Positions 53,601 to 64,000 of a DNA stretch of 64,000 bases are shown in pieces (positions within the stretch are counted from its first letter, which is position 1; the number at the start of each line of letters is the position of its first letter). This DNA is from Lingula anatina (lineage: Eukaryota > Animalia > Brachiopoda). Under the pieces are notes generated by a model. It was not told the origin of the DNA. It was given only the letters and a program-made list of their open reading frames with translations, and searched no databases. The stretch is taken from the NCBI GenBank assembly GCA_051362555.1, contig CM120640.1, positions 8,432,001 through 8,496,000 of the forward strand, read 5' to 3'. The translations under genes were made by a program, and so were the position numbers.

Positions 53601-56264
53601 TATATTTTAAAAAGTTTTTTTTTAATTTATATAGTTTGACTCGTTTCCATTAAAAATGTCATACTTGAGCTTTTTGGTTCCACCAAGACCAAATATGAGA
53701 TTGCCAAGGTAGAACAGCGGCAGAGGAAATATCTGAAAAAGAAGCAATACACATGACATCTTTCATGTTGGTATTCAATACAAGCAAAAATACATTAGTT
53801 TTTTTACCTTGGTACATTTGTTTCAATTCAGTTTTTTCCTCATCAAGATATTTAAAAAGAACTGACACTTTAAAAAACTAAAACGTTTTATTCAGTATTT
53901 GAACCACAGCAATATATTTAGCACATTTGTGAAAATAAATATCTTTTAAATAACAATTATTTAAAACTGTTCCATCTACATGGGCCTGGTCGTACATATT
54001 TATAAGTTCTCATGTTATCTAAATAAAATTTACTAGACTGCATAAAAAATGGCTGAGACTTTTATTACCTTTTTTATCACATCTGGTCTTAAATCTGGGT
54101 AGTTAACAATATGTAAGCATTTGCCTATAAATAATACAATTACAGTGGCAAGCATCTGGAAAAAAGAAGTAATTTATTCATACAAAACAAACCAATATTT
54201 ATAATCAGCATTGAATTACATCACATAAATAATTTTTATGGAGAAAAAGAGAAAATTTGGTTATCCATACACAACAAACCAATGTTTATAATCAGTATTA
54301 TAGTTTTGATACATACCGCAAAGTTAAAGCCACATTTAATATATTAAGCAATGAATGAATGCAGAGGTGTTTCTCATGCAAGACATGTACACAGAATATG
54401 CCTGAGTGACGAGAGGTCAGGACTTCAATATGCAGGAAACCAGATTTTAACTGTTACTGACACAATCTTCTTACCCAAACCTTTATAAAACAGTTGAAGT
54501 CAACATGTCACTATGTGGAGTTACTTTTTATGCTTTAATATAGAGAGTGCAGAAATCTATAGGCTGTTTTAAGAGATGACAATTCTTTATTTTGGTGGGA
54601 AAAGTGCCATACAGCAGATATTCCTGGGTTTGATTGTCAATTTACCCATACTTTCCAATGGTTAATGAATCCATTCTAACATTGAAAGTTAGTCTTTTTT
54701 TAGTGTAATTTCTGTTATAAGCTCTTCAGAGATTATTACAGGGGGAAGCGCATGTATAAAGGTCCACTTGGTCTGATGGCAAGCACAGATTTCACAGTAA
54801 TTGCGATAACCGCCATTAATTATATTTTTATGTGTTGTTTACAATGTATTTATTGTGGAATTTTGAATCTAAAATGACAAGTTGTTATCCTAGTAAGTTC
54901 ATGGAGACCTACTTAAAAACATGACATATAATCCTCAGATCCATGGATCTGTTGTGAATGCTGCCTGTACTTATTTTTGATATATTGCTACAGTCCAAGG
55001 ATCATAAGATCCTAGATTTCACCAATCCTAAAATTATGAAAAATTTACTAAGATATAAAAAAAAAAAAAATTGTTACAAGGTTCATAAGTCATGGTTTGA
55101 AATTTTGAAAATTATGACAGAACTTCCTTGGTGGACACAATTCCTTTTCTCTGTAATTGCCCTTTAAGTTAAGGCCAATGACCAAAAATTAACAATTCAC
55201 ACCAATAAATCACTAATTCACAATTTATTCTTTTATAAAGCAATGGAGGGCATATCATGAAATCGTCGCGCCTATTATTTGTAGAAAGAAAGCTATTTAA
55301 TGGAGTGCTGATAGTGTTATGCTTCGTAATAACTCATGGGTGACCACACAATGTCAGTGTTGCAGGGACACACTAGCTTTCAGTAGTTCAGTCACTTCTT
55401 ACATCTCTACTTTAAAAAGCAACCACGAAAAAGCAAAATAATTGTTCTTTTATAATTACAAAGGCTTAGAAAGGGAAACCTGGCTTCAATGGGAAGCATA
55501 CAGGCTTTTAGTAAATCAAGCTCAAACTGCATGGCTGGCTATGTGAAATCAACAACAGCATAGAAAACTTCACCTCTGAAAAGATGACACTAACAAAAGA
55601 TGCAGCACAAAGATAACAATGGACTACTGTGTCTGAGTCCTTATCAGGGCAATTAGCTTACCTGTCCCAGTCCTAAGAACTGGAAAGATGGAAACCTAAA
55701 ATATGAAAAGACACACTTGTTAAAACAGATTGTTTCGAACTGAACTATTTCTCTCTGATTTTTTTAATGCATCTGCATTTTAAGAGACCCAAATTATGTG
55801 TCAACTTGATTTGTTTTTGTTTGCCAAGTGGACACGACAGGGGCACTTAAAATAAACAGCACAAATTCAAGTAAGCTTTGCAATAAAAACCAAATGCTTG
55901 GATATTAATATAGTATGTATGTATGTATGTATGTATGTATGTATGTATGTACGTGTATGCACACCATGTTTTCGTTTTTACTCTGGAAGCTTGTTTGAAC
56001 TGTTTAGCAGCTGCTGCTGGATTCCACTGATTCTACTTCCATGAACTTCCAAGCTTTACATTTGGTTTCCGACTCATACAATTCATTTACTGTGTATTTT
56101 CACGCTTGAGGTTGTTACATATTAGAGTCGACTTACTTGTACGTTGTGAGGACTACCTTGTTGATCACAATGATCATAAAAGACGCGAATCCATAGAACA
56201 GTGCCGATAGAATTCGGTACATAAACGGCGGAGCTCCGTCTGCATGTTCGCCAGATCCCGCCAT
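50666..56264 (-). CDS. SLC35D1: UDP-sugar transporter of the SLC35D1/D2 (Drosophila fringe connection / C. elegans SQV-7) family, 11 exons, 358 aa
   Basis: Exons 56137-56264, 55662-55695, 54069-54155, 53665-53732, 53352-53423, 52833-52901, 52348-52450, 52002-52094, 51577-51723, 51212-51294, 50666-50858; all GT-AG, 1077 nt, one open frame. Family motifs: [108 protein letters not shown]. The symbol is a family label; an invertebrate gene is probably co-orthologous to D1/D2. Confidence 0.95.
55913..55952. repeat. (GTAT)n microsatellite in SLC35D intron 1
   Basis: Read directly from the sequence. Confidence 0.95.
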
Positions 56265-56290
56265 GACACCAGCATGGCACAGTAAACAGA

Positions 56291-56330
56291 GAGCGGTCAC
56301 GTGGCGCAGTGACGTTGCATGGGAATTCCC
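56291..56330 (-). promoter_or_regulatory. SLC35D proximal promoter motif cluster: E-box/GASE-like GTCACGTGGC, CRE half-site TGACGT, perfect kB palindrome GGGAATTCCC
   Basis: CACGTG 56298-56303 (ACGTGGC 56299-56305), TGACGT 56310-56315, GGGAATTCCC 56321-56330. All lie 35-66 bp upstream of the ATG in a locally CpG-rich patch of an otherwise CpG-poor window. Confidence 0.55.
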
Positions 56331-59269
56331 TTCCTTTTTTCAGCTGGATAAACGCGCCAGCTAAGTCAAAATATTAATCAGTTGAGGGGGAGGATGTATT
56401 TCGTATTTTTGAGAATTTACATTATATCAATACCTCCGTATCAGTATTTCCACCCTTTCTACAAGAGACTGTATAAGAGTGTATATATTTCACGGACATA
56501 AACATCATCTTCGTGTTTCCACCTTTCCCAAAGAAAAACTTAAATTTTGTCAATTTTCCTTTGCAAACTTTACAAGAAAACGTAATTTTTAATAGTGCAA
56601 AAATGTCTTTAATTATGCTGACATCTACAGGTTACAATTATAAATTGGTTTACTGTATGATGCACTTAGTTTTTCACTTATTAAAGGCAAAATATTTACA
56701 ACTGAAATGGATTATACTGATAATCATGATCCCCAGAAAAATTATGTAATATTGTCTTTTGGAAAGAAAGGTGAAAAGTATGAAGAACCACCAAGCAGTA
56801 CAACATGTGCTAGTACTACTTCATATAGAATAAAGCATCCAAATGAAAATTTAATAAAATATGTTGATTGCCTTATATAAACGATTTATTCCCTCAATAT
56901 ATATATTTAGTTAACATATCTGTCACAGAAAAAATATATTTGTTTTGGATCCTCTTTAAATTTAAAGCAATTACAGTATAATATGCAAACATGTTAGTCA
57001 CACAGTTACTCTCAATGTTCATAAATTGTGAAAAATGAAGTCACAGCTTAACAGGCAAAATATTATTAGTAATAAAGTATTAGAAACGGCAATTTCAAGT
57101 TTTTATTGTTATGCTGAACTTTGTGTTCAAACATGGTGTAACACACAGAATTCTTCTTTGCATACTTCCACTCTTACGTAATGATTTATGTTGTGATTTT
57201 TAAGGCTAATAACAGATCAATTCACATAAAATACTACAGCTGCACATAAAACAAATGTAATGCTGCCAACTCCAGATGGTCACTTGAACATCAATACACC
57301 ATAAAAATACTCTTTCACAACTCTTCCTTTTAACTGCCACATTTCTTTTGTTTGCTTGTTTTTTGTATTTTTTTTTTTTAATGAAACATAATTGTCATAC
57401 ATTGTACATAACATTCATACTCATCAATACTGCCCAGCAGTTTGTTTTGATATGGCCTGTAGCATGCTAAAACACATCTACAACCAAAATCCTAATGTAA
57501 CCATACTTTACCACTACCTTTAATAAATTATCCAAAATATCAGCTGGCATGAAGCACAAACACAACATCAAGAATGTCTGTATGCTCAGATCTTAACATC
57601 CTTTGGTCTAACTTTTAAATTTACGTGAATTTTAATAAATTTAATAAAAAAGCTATTTTTTATTAACCCTTTTTGCCACGAAAATTAAGCAGGTGCAAAT
57701 TTAATTTCAAAGAAGGACAACCCACAACCTGTAGAATAACAATGACCAGCTTGAACACTGATCGGTTTTTGAACAAGGTCAAAAAGATCCGCATCCTTTC
57801 AAAATAAAGAAGTCCATTCTTTCAGTACAACTTAATTGTCAAGGGCACGAATGGCACAAAAATGAGAAAAACTCCAAAGGAACAGGATAAAAATACTATT
57901 AAAAATAAGTCTCATTAAATGGTAAAATTGTAATCTAATGGTGAAGAATTAAAACTTTCAGTAGAAAAACATTCACAGATGTACAATTCAAACATTCTGT
58001 TTCATCTACATCCTGCAATATTGCACATGAAAAAAAAAAAACACATGGGAACTTTTTTTTTCTCATCAAAATACACTTAAATTTTGTGAATGATTTTGTT
58101 CATCTCAGTCTTCAAGATAAAGACAAAAACTTGTTTGGTTAAGTTTTAAATGAATGGTTAAAAAGATGAATGTGGCATTGAAAAAAGATCGAAATTTCTT
58201 TTAATTTAGTATTTTGTTACAATAATTTGCCCCTCATGTTTCTCTCCTTTAAATGTTAATTTTAACATCATGCTTCTATTTTAAAAACTCAAATGAAAAT
58301 GAGCTTATCTGAGCATCTGATCTGTCCTTCTCCCTCACTATTTAGCAGAAGATGAAGATTAACAGCAAACTTGATTAACAAGTACAAATCAAAAAACAAT
58401 GTTGAAAGGAGTTTTGTCCTTATTCACTCGATTCATATTATGAAGTTTACAGCATAATTGCACCAGCTTTATTCTTGAATGATGCAGAAACCATAAAAAA
58501 AAATTATTCCATAACCTGCCAGAGGGATTAAACCATACCATGCATACAAAAGTTATTAATCTACATACAGTGTTTAGGATTTTATCCAATTAAGTTGAGG
58601 TCCCATACCTTTTCTTTTCTTTTTTTCTCTAAAAGAGAGGGGATAACTAGACCCTTTGAGCAAGTTATGATTGCTTTGTCAATTATTTTAACTATCTGTG
58701 GTGGCAATAGTTAATACTTAAAAAGTATCTCAAATACTCATTGTTTCTCATTGTTTCGGTCAATCACTCTAAGACCAAAGTTTCAAATTAATTTTTTCCA
58801 GGTCTATATTTAAAAGATTTTTTAAGTATTTTAAGCCACATAAGCAGAAGCAGGTAAGTAATGTAGGCTTTCCATAATTTCATCACAAGTTTCATTTTAA
58901 TATCTGAAGAATAACTAACAAAATCAAAAAGCCAACAATCTACAAATATTCCAAGTTTCAAATGGTGCTATAACAACAGCAGATTTACAACCATTGGACT
59001 GGCACTAACAATAAACATGAAAGATTCAGTTTTAAGTATTACCCTTTATGGTCCCATAAGGTATAACAAGATTTTTACATACAAGGTTATACACAAATAT
59101 TTCATATTTAACATCAGAATTTTGTTATTCTGTTTATAACTTCAGAATAACATGGACTAGCAAAACCCTGTAATATTTTATTGGCCAATTTGACACAGTA
59201 CACAGTGTTTGGTCAAATATGTGATGTTGTCATGTTAACTGGCATACTGATAATGCTATAAACATGATA

Positions 59270-60859
59270 TTACAATATCACACACACTGCACACTTATGC
59301 ACATGGACTTGTTCTACAGTGTTCCTGTGTCTTGTCATGGGCTCAGCATTCTCATCATTCCTCAGGGCTGGCACCTGTAAACTGGCCCGCCTATTCCCCA
59401 CATAGTACTCTTGTATTAATGGAGGCTCGGGCGTTAGACTGAAGTGAGATTCTGACCCCACGGTGCTCTGAGAGTTATGAGACTTGTCCGAGTTGGTTTT
59501 GACTGAGGATGCTCGCACCTTGGGTAGTACAGGTGTGCTAAACCTGGACACCTGCTGTATGATCTCACTGTACCTGTCCTCCAGGTCGGCATGGACACCT
59601 GAGCCGCCATGACCGCCCACCTCTGGAAACGGAAGGGTGATTTATTGCATCAATACTGGAGAGACTTTATCAGTAAAGTAATTTATTGTTCTTTAATATC
59701 ACCCTTGCTTTGAATACGTATCATTATATCATCTATGTTCTTCATATACAAAAATCACTTACTGCTGAAATATTACTATGCTAAACTATTTTTTATTTAT
59801 TTTAAGAAATTCAATTTAAAACATTATTGCAGGCATTATGAATGCTCTTCAATGAAGGCAAAAATCAATAAAGTCATGCCTGCACTGGTAATCTCTATCA
59901 AATGTTCTGCATGAAAAAGAAATTGAAAAATCCAAAAATAAAAAAATTACCCTTCATGTTGATGTAGACTAGCTGTGAGAACATGAGTGCCATTCCTCCC
60001 GGAGGAGGCCAGGGCACCTTGTCAAACATGACAGGAATGATGGGTTTCCTGAGCACGTCTCCCAGACTTAGCTCCCTGTTACACAGGTGGGACACAATGT
60101 ACTTGGGTGTAACACAGGCAATTATTACCTGGGGAAAAGAAAACATTGGAATCAATTGAATTCTTAACTCAGTGTCATGTTGGTACAAAGTACCTGAGAA
60201 AAAACATTTGTACATGCATGGAACTAGACATGCTTCAGTAACCAAATGCATTTACATTTTTTATCTGAGGTGGTAACTAAGTGAAAATGTTATACGTATA
60301 AACTTTTAACTGCTATGCTATACATTATCACATGTCAAATTTGCATATAAAAATTGCTTTAAAATGAAAAGACTGCTATAATCTCCTCTCCATATATTAT
60401 ACAATGTAAACACTGTACACCAAAAAACATGAAATACAAAAGCGTACTTTGGCACTTCTGATTCCTTCATCAATCTTGGCATTGAGTTGGTCACCACCTC
60501 CCATCTGACCAATGTCCATCCAGCAATGATAGCCACTCTTCTCCAACCTGTCCCTCATCAGTTTCACCTCGTCCTGGATGTCCCACTGGTAGCTGATAAA
60601 TATCTGCGGTGGGTCCACATCTGCCTCTGCAATAGCATATTCACTTACATTTATATAACATTACAATGGCCAAGTTTCATATTATAAAACAGACACTGTG
60701 ACAGAAGCTCCTTCTCCTTATTTATAATTACGATTAATATATTGGGACTAAATATTTGAATCAATATAAAAGTAAGAGTGGCTGTATCTTAAATGCATTC
60801 ATATGTATGTGTGTACATATGGGGATACAAGTTTGTGTCCATGTATAAGTGTACCCATG

Positions 60860-60938
<79 letters not shown>

Positions 60939-63704
60939 GCGAGTTCTCACCTTGCCCTTTCAATATAATGTCCACCACATCATCACAGTGCATCTGTTCC
61001 AGGTAAGTGACCAGCATGTCAACAGATAGGGCTGTGTTCCCACTGCTTATGATCCAGTCAGTCAGCAGGGAAAGGGCAGGGTTCAAGTCATTGTTGAACA
61101 TTTCTATCTTGTTCTTCTTGTAACCTGGCAAAAAATAAATCAATGGCTAAAATAAATGTACATTTTACATTTAACTGTACCTGGATAAGGCCCTACATAA
61201 TTTCTGTAATTAATAACTAGCAGCTGCAGTCATTTCTTGACTTTCTTCAGGTTATTTCCAGATATTGTACAGAGAATATATAAACAGAGATCAAATGACT
61301 GTATCCAATACCTAATCTTTTAGCCAAGGCAGTCCAGTCTCTTCCCTCTGATCCTCCATTGAGCAATTTTGCAGCACCTTTGACCCATGAAGGCAGCTCG
61401 CTTCCCTTCTGCACCTCTAGGTTGTGGATATAAGTGAGGCCCCCCTCCTCTGTGATACTCTCTGGGAGGATAGGCCCTTCTTTCACTGCAATAAATAGTG
61501 GAGCAATATTAATCAGAGAAAATTATAATCAGATGTGTTGTGCATTAAGAATGAAACAACTTTTTCTACAAATAAAAGGTAATACTGAAAATGTTGTAAA
61601 CTGCGAATAATTTGATGTGTTTCATGTCTACCAAAATAGCCTCATTTGCCGAGAAAGAGACTATGTTCTCTTGGAGCAAAATGAAACCTAACACAATGTA
61701 CTTTCTTTCTTTCTTTCTTTCTTTCTTTAGCATCATTTGTATTAATTGTTATCATTATATCAAATTGGCTTGCATTAAATACCAATGTGGCCTTGTGGAA
61801 TACATAACAACATCCATCATTCCCACAAAGATTTACCCTCATTGCATTCCATTACTTTGTTTATCAGCTTCATGTAGATTCATTTCTATATGTTAAAAGC
61901 CACAAGATGAGCACTAATATTACAAGGATTCATGCAAGATCATTCCTCAATGGAGAACCTATTAGACAGATGATCAATACTCAGAGGGAATAATAGATGT
62001 CAGCTTCTTCTTTGAAAATAACCTTGAGTTTCAGAGCTAATGAGAATCATTTTGTAAATTCCAAAATATTTCTGCTAACAAGAACAGATCTTAAATAAAA
62101 CTGATGTTATCAACTATCTGCTGCTCATAGCAACAACTGTATATAATTTACAGTAGCTTTATGTACATTGTATTAATAACAGATACCATGCTTTAGGCTT
62201 ACATAAAGGAAGTATTGCAAACAGCAGTCAACTCAACATATGGACAGGTTTTTTGAGATCTTGGTTTTATGAGATAGCAGGTAGCATATTAAAATTATTC
62301 ACTCAGGTAATTTGACAGATTTGTTTATACAAGTGAAACAATTTATATGAGAATAACAACACATTTTGCCCAACCATAAATTTTTTTACTTGACCATCAC
62401 AGGTGTTATGGCTGGGTTATATTCAATACATGGGCAATGGGACAAATAATTATATAAAAACTTACAATTGAATGACCCAGAAAACAATGCATTTGCTATT
62501 GGTTTTGTAAACTTAAATAAACTAGCCATGGTAATAGTCAGATGTTAGAGGCAAATAACTAGTTCTTGTCCAGTTACCAAGATCGTCTGAAGCCCAAGGT
62601 TCTGAAGAGAAGATTAACTGAAAGCTTACCAATGCGTGTTGGACTAGGAAACCACTTTCTGTATTGATTAGTTTTGATTCTGCGATGATCACAGCACACA
62701 ATCTAAAACAAAAGAGAAATCAGTCCATTATCTGCAGCTGTCAGACGTCATTTGTGAACGCTTAAATAAACTGAATCTTACAAAATGCATGTGAGGCTTC
62801 AAATTTACTGATATCAACAGGATATGATCAACTATTCTTTGAAAAAGTCATGCAACAAGTTTCTTTTAATTGATTCAGACAATCAAAAATTTATACACTG
62901 CACCCTCAAATATGTCCTCTAAATTTTTTTGCTTCTATACCATCAGTAATCATTGTCATGTAAATATTTTGATAACGTGTCAAGTAATAATGTTATGTAT
63001 ACATAAGCATATTACAAAATTCATAATGCTCTTAACAACAAACACATTTTCAGGTGTGACAGAGTAACTAATAACATTGGGTGTGACCCAGAAAGCCAAC
63101 ATACATAAAACTTAAGAGTAAAGAGATTTTGTGTTAATGATGTTATTTAAATGTGAATAACACCTGTAAATAAAGACTTTCATAGGCATGATGAGTAGAA
63201 TAAACTTACTAAAGTTGTATGGGTGGACAACTGAAATGTAGCTTTGCTTTGAGTGTTAATGTGCTTACTTTATTGGACAGGCACTCATCCAGGTTTAGAA
63301 AGTGTTGCACTTTCTGTTTCTTTTCGCAGTGACATTCTACTACTGCTTTGTATGAAATTCTTTTCATCCACATTTCCCGAAGGTCTGATAATGAGGAGTC
63401 CAGAAAATTCCGAACCTAAAAGAAATGAAAAGTCTTAAATTATCTTTCATTTAACTCTCAACTACAAAACAATTTTTAAGTAGCACATTCCCAATGAAAA
63501 ACATCTGATCAACATCTTTAAACTTCAACCTGTTAAAAACATTGATTATCAAACTGGACCGGCCTTTTAATCCTGAAGATACTAAGCACCATGTGTTACC
63601 TTGGCTGTAGCTGTGATATCTGGTGCAGGAAGTGCCTTTTCTCCCTGTGTTCCAAGTGAAGACACATCTGAATCTTCCAGCTCTGCCACTCTCAGAACAC
63701 AAAC
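59270..63704 (-). CDS. Partial (5' end outside window) multi-exon gene: COR-like C-terminal segment + Death domain + TIR_2-type TIR domain + C-terminal CaaX; probable ROCO-type innate-immune/signalling protein
   Basis: Hand-spliced exons, all AG/GT and phase-consistent: 63600-63704, 63269-63415, 62630-62702, 61312-61485, 60951-61124, 60448-60626, 59951-60128, 59270-59622 (1383 nt, 460 aa + stop). Death-like: DWTALAKRLGY...NPALSLLTDW...LVTYLEQMHCDDVVDII. TIR_2: QIFISYQWDIQDEVKLMRDRLEKSGYHCWMDIGQMGGGDQLNAKIDEGIRSAKVIIACVTPKYIVSHLCNRELSLG...KPIIPV. Upstream VRNFLDSSLSDLREMWMKRISYKAVVEC...HFLNLDECL resembles the distal end of invertebrate COR regions (weaker call). Ends CAVCVIL*. Confidence 0.88.
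60862..60935. repeat. Compound (CA)n(GA)n microsatellite in the intron between the Death and TIR exons
   Basis: Read directly from the sequence; it generates the THTH/ERER/CVCV pseudo-ORFs. Confidence 0.95.
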
Positions 63705-64000
63705 CTGCAACATATTCCGTTTGTTACAATTTTTGGATTTACCAGAAAAACAAGTATTGTCATACATATCCTAAAAACTTTGGTAGCTTCTCAAAAACAT
63801 TTGTCTTAATGAAAAAAGAAAAAATTTAAAAATTAAATGAAAGTGAATCATATTTAAACCTGTGTTACATAGTAGAAAGAGCTGTAACCACACAGTAATG
63901 AAAGTGAAATTTTCCAAAATCATTCCATCAATCTAATCCACAATGATAAACTGTATCAATATACATTTGCTCTTCATGGAAAACCTAAGTTGTACACTAT

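Noticed and set aside
54870-55280. Possible old Helentron-like remnant in SLC35D intron 2
   Set aside because: Only vague motif resemblance; no second copy or defined ends in the window.
60793-61029. Plus-strand ORFs with THTHTH/ERERER
   Set aside because: Translation of a (CA)n(GA)n microsatellite antisense to a real exon.

Overview
AT-rich, CpG-poor, intron-containing animal DNA, probably a mollusc or other lophotrochozoan (inferred from repeat style and gene content, not provable here). Most ORFs in the supplied track are spurious. Three genes can be reconstructed by hand, all on the minus strand. (1) 59270-63704+: the 3' part (8 exons, 460 aa visible) of a protein with a COR-like C-terminal segment, a Death domain, a TIR_2-type TIR domain and a terminal CaaX box (CVIL*). 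(2) 50666-56264: a complete 11-exon, 358-aa SLC35D1/D2 (fringe-connection-like) UDP-sugar transporter with a compact, motif-rich promoter. (3) About 1-49 kb: the very long 5' region of a PDE4/dunce cAMP phosphodiesterase. It is recognised from an alternative first exon (MQVESG...RRHTLANVR) resembling a Drosophila dunce isoform N-terminus, plus several more ATG-started exons ending in phase-2 donors. The shared PDE4 exons would lie left of the window. The introns hold many MITEs, including two families with CAGG...CCTG ends and 5-bp target duplications (a third, decayed element fits the same pattern), Harbinger-type MITEs, decayed Helentron/pearl-like elements and microsatellites.
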